From Spirochaetota bacterium (GTDB lineage Bacteria; Spirochaetota; UBA4802; JAFGDQ01): a stretch of 64,000 nucleotides of DNA. Below, in pieces: positions 11,214 to 22,000 of the stretch. Location: contig JAZDKB010000004.1 in the NCBI GenBank assembly GCA_043803405.1, positions 96,001-160,000 on the forward strand, given 5' to 3'. A model generated the notes under the pieces. The model ran no database searches, was not told the DNA's origin, and was given only the letters and a program-made list of their open reading frames with translations. Positions within the stretch are counted from its first letter, which is position 1. Each line of letters opens with the position of its first letter. The translations under genes were made by a program, and so were the position numbers.

Positions 11214-12845
11214 ATGCAAGATAAAATATTAAATTTCTTTAGAAATTATTATTACATTCTAAGCGGATTCCTGGTCTTCCTTTCATTCCCAACTTACGAT
11301 ATCTGGTTTTTAAAAGGATTCAGTTTTTTCGCATGGATATCTCTGGTGCCCTTACTGGTTTACATCAGGGAAAAAAGTTATAAAGAAATATTGTGGTCGT
11401 CTTTTATTGCGGGCATAATTTGGAATTATTTAGTATATGGCTGGATAGGCGACTTCGGGGCAAATGTCAAAGGCGGTGATCTTGTTATACAGGCCTTTAT
11501 GACCCCAAGCCTCACGGTATTTTTTGTAACAAAAATTTTAATGGCAGAATACTTTTCAAGACAGTTTGAAAAGTGCAGAATTTTTATTTATCCGTCGATA
11601 TGGATATTTATCGACTGGATAGAATCTATCGGTTTTCTTGCATTCCCCTGGACATACTGGGGATATTCTCAATTTATGTTCACTCCGTTTATTCAGTTGA
11701 GTTCATTAACCGGAGTGATGGGAATTACTTTTATATTAATTTTAGCGAATAATATATTTGCTGATTTTTGCAATAAATATTTAAAACAGGATAAGAAGTT
11801 CAAAGAATTATTATGTTCTTCTGCTGTTAAAAAAATATTAGCACTAATATTTTTTGTTATAATAATTTCCTGTTTAGGGCAATATGTTGTAAGTAATTCC
11901 GGCGCCTCGGAAAAACGCGACCTTAGAATTGCAGTAATCCAGTCGTGCATATCTCCATGGGAGAACTGGAATCAAAATCGCTTTAAATATCTGGAGAATC
12001 TGGAATATTATACAAAGCTTTCACTTGAACAAAATCCGGATATACTGATATGGTCGGAATCCGCTACGCTGGAACATATATCATATCATTACGCAAACGG
12101 AAACCTGAATGAATTTGAGCGCAGAGTGCTGGAAATAGCAAGATCAGCAGGGAAACCTCTCGTGACCGGGGAGATCGGAGTTGCTGAGGAAATTTTTCCG
12201 CACAGGCGTTATCCTCAGAACAATGCTGTTCTAATTAGTGAAAAAGGCGAGGTTGTCGATACTTATGCGAAAATACACCTAGTGCCTTTCGGTGAGTGGT
12301 TTCCTTACGAGAAGTGGTTCCCTTTTCTGAAAGAACTTCTGTTCCAGTTCGGCGCATCAAATTTTGTACCCGGCCGGGAACCTTTGGTATTTCAAGCTTT
12401 AAACAGAAAATTCGGAGTTTTGATTTGCTATGAAGGTATTTTTTATAAATTATGCCGAAAATATAAAAATTCAGGCAGCGAATTTCTAATTAATATAACC
12501 AACCTTGGATGGACTGATGCGTATGCAGGCCATATACAGCAATTTGCCGCATCCAGGTTCAGAGCAATTGAAAATGGAGTTTGGTTTATTAGCGCAAGCA
12601 ATTCCGGTATTACAGGATTAATAGATCCCTATGGAAGAATCGTTGAGTCAATTCCAAGACTAAAGCAAGGTTATCTTGTATCAGATTTAAATATTAATCT
12701 AAATCACCCAACTTTTTATTCAAAATACGGAGATATAATTATTTATTTCGCAATAGCATTTATAATTGTAATTATTCTTACGGCATTCTATAAGTTCTTT
12801 ATAGTACGTATAAAAAACAATTACAAATCATCTCAAAAATTTTGA
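11214..12845 (+). CDS. lnt: Apolipoprotein N-acyltransferase
   Basis: Multi-TM N-terminus, FPW..WGYSQ, WSES, K.HLVPFGE, LICYE catalytic Cys and RAIENG. Confidence 0.92.
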   Translation: MQDKILNFFRNYYYILSGFLVFLSFPTYDIWFLKGFSFFAWISLVPLLVYIREKSYKEILWSSFIAGIIWNYLVYGWIGDFGANVKGGDLVIQAFMTPSLTVFFVTKILMAEYFSRQFEKCRIFIYPSIWIFIDWIESIGFLAFPWTYWGYSQFMFTPFIQLSSLTGVMGITFILILANNIFADFCNKYLKQDKKFKELLCSSAVKKILALIFFVIIISCLGQYVVSNSGASEKRDLRIAVIQSCISPWENWNQNRFKYLENLEYYTKLSLEQNPDILIWSESATLEHISYHYANGNLNEFERRVLEIARSAGKPLVTGEIGVAEEIFPHRRYPQNNAVLISEKGEVVDTYAKIHLVPFGEWFPYEKWFPFLKELLFQFGASNFVPGREPLVFQALNRKFGVLICYEGIFYKLCRKYKNSGSEFLINITNLGWTDAYAGHIQQFAASRFRAIENGVWFISASNSGITGLIDPYGRIVESIPRLKQGYLVSDLNINLNHPTFYSKYGDIIIYFAIAFIIVIILTAFYKFFIVRIKNNYKSSQKF

Positions 12846-12902
12846 AATGTACTTCTATTTAAAATCGGTTATTTATATAAAATCACATCTTTACGATGAG
12901 GT

Positions 12903-13421
12903 CTATTTTTTTATCTGACTATAATATATTTTCCTGACATTATAAAAAAAATCCATGTATTCCTGTTTTTTGTAATCCGGATATGTCCAGTCCCATGGCT
13001 GGAATTTTTTTTCAACATATTTTAATTCGTTTTCAAGATAAACACCCTTATTGAGATATATTCTGTGGAAATACTCCTTACATGAAGCGAGGTACACATT
13101 TGATAATGTGAGATAACCTGGGTCAATATTTATCTTCCTTTTATCTTTATCGATTTTTTTTTCAATTTTATTGGTAAATAGTTTGATTTTAACAATTTTT
13201 TCTCTTTGGATCAATTTTTTAAATGAGATTAATACTTTAAAAAGTTTATTGCCGATAGAATTATAATATTCAGTATGAACAAAAGGTATATTCATAGTTT
13301 TAAAATCAATAATCCCGAATTTTTTGCTTAGTTGGATTTCAGCTGAAGATAAATGCTCTTCAGATGCAGTTAATATACCTATAAAAAGCTTTGCTTTTAC
13401 AGGTATTACAGGTTCAGCCAT
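12903..13421 (-). CDS. DUF4416 family protein
   Basis: Characteristic K..TN.IE, NIDPGYL, HRIYL..GVY.E and WTYPDY motifs. Confidence 0.8.
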   Translation of the reverse strand: MAEPVIPVKAKLFIGILTASEEHLSSAEIQLSKKFGIIDFKTMNIPFVHTEYYNSIGNKLFKVLISFKKLIQREKIVKIKLFTNKIEKKIDKDKRKINIDPGYLTLSNVYLASCKEYFHRIYLNKGVYLENELKYVEKKFQPWDWTYPDYKKQEYMDFFYNVRKIYYSQIKK

Positions 13422-13576
13422 GATTTTTTATCCATAAGAGTATTTTTTAAACTTAAAACAATAACATACATATATTAATAACAACGGCAATAATTTTTAT
13501 AAAAAAATAAATTTTTTTATTGACATAAAATCAAGTTAAATATATTTAGTATATATAACTTACTAAAGTAAATTTT

Positions 13577-13694
<118 letters not shown>

Positions 13695-13719
13695 TTGGCA
13701 TTATTCAATTATAAATTAT

Positions 13720-13750
13720 AAAAACCCATGTTAACAGCATGGGTTTTTTT
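13720..13750 (+). terminator. Rho-independent terminator after 5S rRNA
   Basis: AAAACCCATG-TTAACAG-CATGGGTTTTTTT hairpin plus U-tract. Confidence 0.85.
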
Positions 13751-13893
13751 ATTAATAATTATTGCTGAAGACTGCATTCATTGTAGCAAAATACAGTGCT
13801 CATCAGACCAATACAAAATCATTAAAGACTTGCCATTAATAATTTTATTAATTTTAAAAATGTTCTTTGGGCAGAGAAATGTTTCCTATTAAT

Positions 13894-13932
13894 ATAAAAA
13901 GCCGCAGTAAAATTTCTTTCTGCGGCTTTTAT
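13894..13932 (-). terminator. Rho-independent (possibly bidirectional) terminator of the lipoprotein gene
   Basis: AAAAAGCCGCAG...CTGCGGCTTTT hairpin flanked by A/T tracts. Confidence 0.8.
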
Positions 13933-13959
13933 TTTTTATTCTTTAGTCGGAATTATATG

Positions 13960-14421
13960 CTATTTTGTTACGGCTGTTCCGCTATCGACTTCTTTTCTTA
14001 AATTTTTCTTTTCAACCTGGTATACTATTTCACAGTTGTCGTCATCATCAAAACTGGATTTTACAATAGTGCCACCTTTTACAAGACCGCCGAATTCTTT
14101 AGAAACAGCGATTCCTGTGGAAGCATAATCTGCAGCGCCTGCAGCACCTTCAAGTCTAGCACCTACAAATTTTTCAATGATTCTCTTTTGAGCCATAATC
14201 TGGGCTGCTTCCTGAGCTGTGCCTCTTCTCTGGATTTTATTTTGTAAACCTTCTTTCGGAACTCCTGTTGAGGTCACTCTGAATATGTCCGGACTAACCC
14301 AGCCTTCTGTAACAAAGCTTTCTCCTTTAACCTGTCCACCCATGGAACCTGAACCGCCTGAACATGCTGTAAAAACGATTGCAACAGCTGCAAGTAAGCA
14401 TAAGCTAAAGATTCTTTTCAT
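13960..14421 (-). CDS. Lipoprotein, LipL21-like
   Basis: Lipobox FTA-C. The segments EGW, EAAQ...KFVG..LEGAAG.AD..ST...S...GLVKG and C.IVY resemble Leptospira LipL21 as I recall it. Confidence 0.65.
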   Translation of the reverse strand: MKRIFSLCLLAAVAIVFTACSGGSGSMGGQVKGESFVTEGWVSPDIFRVTSTGVPKEGLQNKIQRRGTAQEAAQIMAQKRIIEKFVGARLEGAAGAADYASTGIAVSKEFGGLVKGGTIVKSSFDDDDNCEIVYQVEKKNLRKEVDSGTAVTK

Positions 14422-14720
14422 AAAAAAATCCTCCTTATTTTTTTGGGGTAAACCCTAAATTTCAAATCCGATCATAAATACGGATTTATAAATAACATAC
14501 TTTTACATCTAAAACTTATTATTCTAATAGATAATATCGATTGAAATCAAAGTCAAGTGTAAAAATGAAAATTTTTTTAAAAATCAGAATTAAAAAAAAT
14601 TAGTGATTTCCGACAAAAATTAAATAATTGTATATAATTTTTAATGCTTTTATAGAATAGTAGAATTTTTATTTATTTTATAATTCAGTTTATAAAAATA
14701 GCACATGTTAGGTTTTAAAA

Positions 14721-15332
14721 CTAACTTCTAGTAAAGACCTTGTTCCCATGTATTTTTAAACGATCTTCGCAAAAAAGTTTTATCGATTCCGGAAAAATTT
14801 TATGCTCTTCTTTTAGAATTCTGGCAGACAATGTTTCTACCGTATCGGTATCAAGAACTTTGACTGCGGTTTGTAAAATAATCGGGCCTGTATCTGTACC
14901 TTCATCTATAAAATGAGTTGTGCAGCCTGTGATTTTTACTCCTTTTTCAAACGCCTGTTTCTGAGCATTGGTTCCGGGAAAAGATGGAAGCAGGGCGGGA
15001 TGAATATTTATTATTCTGTTTTTGTACTCATTAACAAAATATGGACTAAGCACTCTCATGTAACCGGCTGCCACAACCAGGTCGGTATTATTCTGCTTGA
15101 GTAATTGCACCATTGCTTTTTCATGATCTTTTTTGGAAGTAAAGGATGCAGGGTTTACGAAAAACGAGTTCATACCGAAATCGTTTGCAAGATCAAGCGC
15201 TTTCGCTTCTTTTTTGTCGGAAATTAAAATCCCTAAAAGCGCATTAATTTCTCCTGAGGATATTTTTTCCGCAATTGCTTTAAAATTCGATCCGCGGCCT
15301 GAGGCTATAAATGATACTATCTTTTTTTTCAT
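14721..15332 (-). CDS. purN: Phosphoribosylglycinamide formyltransferase
   Basis: SGRGSN, AGYMR.L, NIHPALLPSFPG and HFIDEGTDTGPII. Confidence 0.96.
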   Translation of the reverse strand: MKKKIVSFIASGRGSNFKAIAEKISSGEINALLGILISDKKEAKALDLANDFGMNSFFVNPASFTSKKDHEKAMVQLLKQNNTDLVVAAGYMRVLSPYFVNEYKNRIINIHPALLPSFPGTNAQKQAFEKGVKITGCTTHFIDEGTDTGPIILQTAVKVLDTDTVETLSARILKEEHKIFPESIKLFCEDRLKIHGNKVFTRS

Positions 15333-15694
15333 TAATTACTCCGCTATTTAAAGCTATAATTTCTTAATGCAGCTGGTTGCTAATTTTAAACAAGCTGTTG
15401 TTAAGATGAGTTGAAATTAAAATAAAAAAAATATTAACAGCAGTCAAATATAAATTCGATTGATGGTTCAGGATAATAATCAATCGTGATTTCCGGAATC
15501 GCATTTTACATAATGGAGGTTTTATTTAACTAAAAAAATGATTGATCTTTTTATTTTAAAATAATTATAAATAATTTGTAAAAATCGGCTGATTACTAAT
15601 GATACGGAGTTGGGCAATGATCAAATATAAAGAGATTATAGATGCCGGTGGTATATTATCCTGTTTTTTGAAAAATTCAACGAAATAATAATTT

Positions 15695-16357
15695 ATGAGC
15701 ATTCTATCGCTATGTGATGTCGGCAAATCATTTAGAAAAAGAAAGATTTTAAGTGAAATTAACCTGGAAATTGAATCGGGTTCTATTAATTCGTTATCCG
15801 GCAGATCTGGTTCGGGAAAGACAACCTTGCTGACTGTAATGTCAGGTTTGCTGAAGCCGGATTCGGGACAGGTGTTTTATAAAGGAAAGAACATATATAA
15901 ATGGGCCGATTTTAAAAGATCTGCCTACAGGAATAAAAACGTAGGATTTATTTTCCAGTCGTTCAATCTCCTTCCGGATTACACCGTTTATCAAAATATA
16001 GTTTATCCGGCAGTTCTTAATTTTTCCGCAAAAGGCATTAAACAAAAAGCTGATTATTTAATTGAATATCTTGGAATAAAAAACATTGAAAACCATTTGC
16101 CTGCCGCTATTTCCGGGGGCGAAAAGCAGCGGGCTGCTGTTGCCAGGGCAATGATGAATGATCCGGACATTATATTTGCCGACGAGCCCACTGGAAATCT
16201 TGATTCAGATACCGGTAAATCAATATTTGCATTATTTAAGGACATTCAAAAAAAGCATGAAATTAGTTTTATAATTGCTACTCATGATAAATATATTATC
16301 AGGAATTCGGATTATCATTATAGTTTAATGAACTGTAGCATTACAAATAAAACTTAG
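15695..16357 (+). CDS. ABC transporter ATP-binding protein (LolD/MacB-like)
   Basis: Walker [34 protein letters not shown] and THD. Confidence 0.9.
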   Translation: MSILSLCDVGKSFRKRKILSEINLEIESGSINSLSGRSGSGKTTLLTVMSGLLKPDSGQVFYKGKNIYKWADFKRSAYRNKNVGFIFQSFNLLPDYTVYQNIVYPAVLNFSAKGIKQKADYLIEYLGIKNIENHLPAAISGGEKQRAAVARAMMNDPDIIFADEPTGNLDSDTGKSIFALFKDIQKKHEISFIIATHDKYIIRNSDYHYSLMNCSITNKT

Positions 16358-16433
16358 AGTGTATACTTAAACCTATTGCAATATCCGGATTCATTGGTAT
16401 TTTTTATAAATTATTTATTTATCCAGATTGATT

Positions 16434-17192
16434 ATGTTTGAAATAAAAAAAATACTTACTGCATGCATAAATTTTCCAGGCATTATTATACTTTTTTTGC
16501 TTATTACAGGTTTTTACGGTTTTATGAAAAAGTCACGGATTTTAAAATATAATTTAATTTGCGGAATTATTTTATATTGTTTGTCTGTATCTTATTTTAC
16601 AAATAATTTAATAGGATTTATAGAGCAGGAAAGAATTTATAAAGGCACGCCGGCTGTAGACGCAATGATCCTTCTCGGCGGGGGGACAGTGGATGGGGTT
16701 CCGGATATTTCCGGTAAAAGTATCCCGTCAACCGACATGGTTGTGCGTCTTGTTGATGCAGCAAGGCTATATAAAAAATATAAATATCCGATAGTGGTAA
16801 GCGGCGGGACCATCCAGGGCAGAGATAAGGAAACTGTTATTGTTGAAAGATTTTTGGCTGATTTAGGAGTAAAAAGAAAAGATATTATACTTGAAGACTC
16901 AAGCAGGGATACTGTTGAGAATGCTTTGAATGTTAAGGAAATTTTCAGGAAAAACGGATTCAAAAAGGGCTTGATAATAACATCCGCTTATCATTTAAGA
17001 AGAGCTGAGTTTATTTTTAGGAAGACTGGCATTGAAGTTTATCCGCATTCAAGCGGAATACTATCCGATAGAAATATTAAGCTGAGTCTATTTGATTTTT
17101 TACCCAATACTAATGAACTGGATAAAACTGCTGTTACATTGAAGGAAACATTCGGGCTGTTATTTTATTATATTAAATATGCAATTTTTTAA
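16434..17192 (+). CDS. YdcF/DUF218 (ElyC/SanA-like) membrane protein
   Basis: ILLGGG, VSGG, E..SRDT.ENA and ITSAYHL.RA motifs; N-terminal TMs. Confidence 0.85.
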   Translation: MFEIKKILTACINFPGIIILFLLITGFYGFMKKSRILKYNLICGIILYCLSVSYFTNNLIGFIEQERIYKGTPAVDAMILLGGGTVDGVPDISGKSIPSTDMVVRLVDAARLYKKYKYPIVVSGGTIQGRDKETVIVERFLADLGVKRKDIILEDSSRDTVENALNVKEIFRKNGFKKGLIITSAYHLRRAEFIFRKTGIEVYPHSSGILSDRNIKLSLFDFLPNTNELDKTAVTLKETFGLLFYYIKYAIF

Positions 17193-17278
17193 CGGGAACA
17201 TCTGGTAATGCTATTCAGGTGGAAAGTCTTTCTAAAAAAAATATTAGAACGTAATAACAGGCATTATGGAGGATTCAT

Positions 17279-18223
17279 ATTTATCATAAAAAAAGAATAC
17301 TTGTAACCGGCGGCGCGGGTTTTATCGGCTCTCATTTGTGCGAATTGTTGTTAAAACAGGGCAATGAAGTAATCTGCGTGGATAATTTTTTTACAGGCGC
17401 AAAGGTCAATATTAGTCATCTGTCCGAATATGATTCTTTTGAATTTATACGGCACGACATTGTTTTCCCGATATTTCTTGAAGTTGAAGAAGTATATAAT
17501 CTGGCATGTCCTGCTTCGCCGATTCACTATAGATATAATCCCGTTAAAACCGTTAAGACAAACGTAATGGGAGCAATTAACATGCTTGGGCTGGCCAAGC
17601 GCGTTAAAGCAAAGATTCTGCAGGCATCCACAAGCGAAGTTTACGGAGATCCGGATATTCATCCGCAGAAGGAGGACTACTGGGGCAGGGTTAACCCGAT
17701 TGGGCTGAGAGCCTGTTATGATGAAGGGAAAAGATGCGCTGAAACATTATTTTTCGATTATCACAGGCAGAATAAAGTAAATATACGTGTTGCAAGAATC
17801 TTTAATACTTACGGGCCGAAAATGATGCCGGATGACGGCAGGGTAGTGAGCAATTTTATTGTACAAGCCCTTAAGAACGAAGATATTACTATTTACGGCA
17901 AAGGTGACCAGACCAGGTCTTTTTGCTATATTGATGATTTAGTAAGCGGTCTGGTTAAATTAATGAATTCTCCGGATGATGTTATTGGACCTGTAAACCT
18001 GGGCAATCCGGTCGAAAATACAGTCCTGGATCTGGCTAAAATGATAATGAGCTTAACAAATTCAAGATCTAAAATTATTTTTCATCCGCTGCCTGAAGAT
18101 GATCCTGTAAGGAGAAAACCCGATATAGCACTTGCGAAAGAGAGACTGTCCTGGGAGCCATATATTAAAATTGAAGAAGGACTGCAAAAAACAATAGAAT
18201 ATTTTGATAAAATATTAAAATAG
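17279..18223 (+). CDS. UDP-glucuronate decarboxylase (UDP-xylose synthase), SDR family; probable ATT start
   Basis: [30 protein letters not shown] and DGRVVSNF. The Rossmann motif [14 protein letters not shown] lies in frame upstream of the TTG at 17336. Confidence 0.88.
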   Translation: MYHKKRILVTGGAGFIGSHLCELLLKQGNEVICVDNFFTGAKVNISHLSEYDSFEFIRHDIVFPIFLEVEEVYNLACPASPIHYRYNPVKTVKTNVMGAINMLGLAKRVKAKILQASTSEVYGDPDIHPQKEDYWGRVNPIGLRACYDEGKRCAETLFFDYHRQNKVNIRVARIFNTYGPKMMPDDGRVVSNFIVQALKNEDITIYGKGDQTRSFCYIDDLVSGLVKLMNSPDDVIGPVNLGNPVENTVLDLAKMIMSLTNSRSKIIFHPLPEDDPVRRKPDIALAKERLSWEPYIKIEEGLQKTIEYFDKILK

Positions 18224-18233
18224 CTTTTTCGGG

Positions 18234-18755
18234 TTATTGAACCGCAGAAATTAAATCCAATGCCTGCTTTTTATAAGTGCCGGTATCGCTTTCAATTACT
18301 TTTTGCAGGTTTTCCCTGCATTTTTCGTTATTTCCTAAATTATAGTAACTGATAGCAATGTTCAGGAAGGCTGCGAATTTTATATAATTAAACTTTGCCA
18401 GGTCGTAATTTATAACAACTGAAAGTTGTGTAATCGCATCCTCGTATTTTCCGATTAAAAACAGGTTTTTACCGATATAATAGTTTGAAATTCCGACAAT
18501 AATGTTGTTGGTTTGATTGGTTTTAATGCATTCCTGAAAGGTTTCTATGGAAAGATCGTTCAGTCTGTCTTTATAGGCTATATAACTGGCATACAGAAGA
18601 TTTTTATTGTTTATAAATTTTTCGTTTAAAACAGTATCCCAGAATAATTTATCCTCTTCAATTAAGGCTATATTCTTTTTGTTTTGGCTGGCTTCGGTTG
18701 TATCACCGGTTATAATTAATGCTAATAAAAAAACAGGTAAAAATATCTTTTTCAT
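18234..18755 (-). CDS. Exported TPR-repeat protein
   Basis: Signal peptide and TPR-like helices (YYIGKNLFLIGKYEDA, NIAISYYNLGNNEK). Confidence 0.65.
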   Translation of the reverse strand: MKKIFLPVFLLALIITGDTTEASQNKKNIALIEEDKLFWDTVLNEKFINNKNLLYASYIAYKDRLNDLSIETFQECIKTNQTNNIIVGISNYYIGKNLFLIGKYEDAITQLSVVINYDLAKFNYIKFAAFLNIAISYYNLGNNEKCRENLQKVIESDTGTYKKQALDLISAVQ

Positions 18756-18944
18756 TTGTGATCCCGGCAGTTCGTTAGATGATGTACGGTGTAACTATCT
18801 TTATAATATTTTAAATTAATATTTAAATTAGTCAAATAATAATTACAATATTTAACAAATAATTAATTTTGAATGTATTTTAATGCATCAGTAAATACCC
18901 GCTACTTTTATCTTTTTTTGTTTCTAATAAAGACTATTTTTTAC

Positions 18945-18974
18945 TTGACAATTTAATTCACTTAAATTTATAAT
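18945..18974 (+). promoter_or_regulatory. Sigma70-type promoter of the PKS operon
   Basis: TTGACA (18945-18950), 18 bp spacer, TATAAT (18969-18974). Confidence 0.75.
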
Positions 18975-18997
18975 CCACTTTTAAATTTCAATATCGA

Positions 18998-19011
18998 ACT
19001 GACTTGTCAGT
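18998..19011. promoter_or_regulatory. Palindromic candidate TetR operator
   Basis: ACTGAC-TT-GTCAGT inverted repeat just downstream of the predicted transcription start. Confidence 0.55.
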
Positions 19012-19063
19012 CTAATTATTTTGAATATTAATTAAAACAAAGATATTTATTTGGAGAGGCTAG

Positions 19064-22000
19064 ATGTCCAAGAAAGACAACAGATACCCGCAGGAAGGCA
19101 TTGCTATTATTGGTTTGGGGTGTTATTTTCCCAAAGCCAGAGGAATTGATCAATTCTGGCAAAATGTACTAAATAAAGTTAATTGTATAACGGAAATTCC
19201 GAAGGGACGATGGGACCCGGCTGTATATTATAGCCCTGATAAAAATGCTCCTGATAAGACATATTCAAAAATCGGGGGATTTGTTGATCCTTTTGATTTC
19301 AGCATACTTGCAAAAAAGTTTAAAATTCCTCCAATGATATTAAACGCAATGGATGTTACGCAGAAGTTTGCTTTACTGGCAACAAGCGATGCTCTTGAGG
19401 ATGCCGGATACGGCAACAAGGAATTTGACAGGTCAAGAACTGCTGTCATTATCGGCAATTCGATGGGTGGCGATAAATCTGATTATTCGGATTTCAGGGT
19501 ATTCTTAAACGAAGTTGAATATAATTTAAGGAACAGCCCTGCTTTTTCCAGGATCGATCCCGCAACGCAAAATAAAATCATTGAAGAATCCGTATATAAA
19601 CTGAAATCCGGCATTTTGAATATTACCGAGGATACAATGCCCGGAGAGCTTTCCAATGTTATAGCAGGCAGAATTTCGAACGCTTTAAATCTTACGGGAC
19701 AGAGTATTACGGTGGATGCAGCCTGTGCATCTTCTTTCGCAAGCTTTCAGGAAGCGGCAAGAGGATTAAGATGCCATGACTTTGATATGGTAGTGGCTGG
19801 CGGCACTGATTATATGATGGGGCCAAGCCCGTATATTAAATTCAGCAAGATAGGAGCTCTTTCTGCGGATGGCTCAAGACCCTTCGATGCCCGAGCAAAC
19901 GGTTTTGTAATGGGAGAAGGTACCGGTATTTTTATTCTTAAAAGAGTAAGTGACGCAAGGAGAGACGGGAATAAGATATATGCGATACTTGCCGGCATTG
20001 GTGCCTCTGCAGACGGGAAAGGGAAGGGCATTACGGCTCCTAATCCCAAAGGGCAACACCTGGCGGTTTCCAGGGCTCTCGCAGAAGCAGGCTACGGTCC
20101 TGAAACGGTTCAGTATGTTGAAGCGCACGGGACTTCGACTATTGTCGGCGACCTGGCGGAAATGGAAGGACTGCTGAGTGTCTGGGAAAATAAAGGCATA
20201 AAAAATAACTCAATAGGAATCGGATCGGTAAAATCGAATATCGGCCATTTAAAAGCAGCTTCAGGTTCTGCTTCCATAATTAAACTCGCATTAGCTCTTA
20301 AGAATAAGATAATGCCCCCTTCAATAAATTACGAGACTCCGAATCCGAACATTGCCTTTGGCAGGATTCCGTTCAGAGTAATAACCGATCCAACAGAGTG
20401 GCCTAAAGGAATTGACGGCAATCCGAGAAGGGGAAATGCAAGCTCCTTTGGTTTTGGTGGTACGAATTTTCATGCAGTATTTGAAGAAGATACCGGTGAC
20501 AATGGAATGCCTGCGCCTGTAAAATATTATTCGGGTGCGGAATTAACTCAAAATGAAAGTTCTCCGGTTATAAGAGGAGTGCAAAGCTCCGCCCCGCAAA
20601 CAACGGTTTGCGATTATAGTCATAAGAGATATGAATTATCCGAAGAAAACAATAAAAAGCTGCATGGTGAAGCGATAATTATAGGCGGTTCATCATGGAA
20701 TGATATAAATGACAGACTGGCTTCTCTTAAAAAGGAAATAACCGGCAGCAGCATTACAATGCGCGATCTCTTTAAAAGATTCAATATGCAAAGCAATTCT
20801 ATGGACTACAGGCTTGGGATCGCAGCCTTTTCACTTGATGAATTTCTGGGAAAATTTAATTCGGTTCCTGAAGGATTCGAGAATATAAAACGCAGAATGG
20901 TGTTGAAAAACAAAGGCCTTTTTTACGGCGAGCATCTTCTGGAAAAAAAGAAATCCCTGGGAAAAATTTGCTTCCTGTTCCCAGGACAGGGAAACCAGTA
21001 CATAAATATGTTCAAGGATCTTTATAATAAATATAAAGTCTTTAAAGATACATTCGATGAAGCTGACCGTATAATGTATGATTTTATGGGAAAGGGAATT
21101 TCCGATCTTTTTTTCCAGAATGACGATATTTCCGGTAGCGACCTGGAAGCTGCTGAGGAAATGGTTCAGCCTACTGAAATTACCCAGCCGGCGGTATTGG
21201 CTGTAGATTATGCCATGTTCAAGCTATTGCGTAGCTTTGGGATAAATCCGGATGTTGCGGTAGGACATAGCCTTGGTGAATACGGCGCATTGATCGCTGC
21301 TGAAGTTATGAGTTTCAGGGACGCCCTGTATGCGGTTTCTGCGAGAGGCAAAGAGCTGGAGAACATAAAGTGGGATGAAATAGGAAAAATGCTGAGCGTG
21401 TCAGCTTCAACAGAAAAGGCAGAACAGCTTTTGAAAGGAATAACAGGTTATGCAATAATTGCGAATAAGAACTGCAATTCCCAGGTAGTAGTAGGCGGTG
21501 AAGGTAAGGCGGTTCTTCAGGTTATGGACAAATGCAAGGCCGAGGGCATACCTGCCCAGCTTCTCCCTGTATCGCAGGCATTCCATACCAGGGTACTGGA
21601 GCCTGCTGGCCCATCATACAGAAGAACGCTGGAAAATCTCCGGATTAATAGCCCGAAGATAGATATAGTCGCAAATCTTACAGGCGATTATTATCCAAAA
21701 GGTGAAAATGCCCGCGGAAAGATAATAGATATTCTTGTGCAGCATATATCCAATCCTGTTGAATTTATGAAATCAGTTCAAAGGATGTATTCGGACGGAG
21801 TAGATGTTTTTATCGAAGCGGGACCAAAGAGGAATCTCTCTTCATTTATTTTAAATATTCTTGATAAGCAACCCCATCTTTCGATTGCAACGAATCATCC
21901 GAAAAGAGGCGGTATAGGCGCGTTTAATGATACACTTGCTGCGATGTCGACTCACGGGTTCGATATTGACTGGAACGGCATTGATGAGAATGGAAATAGA

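Noticed and set aside
15333..15694. Purine/ZTP riboswitch upstream of purN
   Set aside because: Only a weak AT-rich hairpin; no recognisable aptamer consensus.
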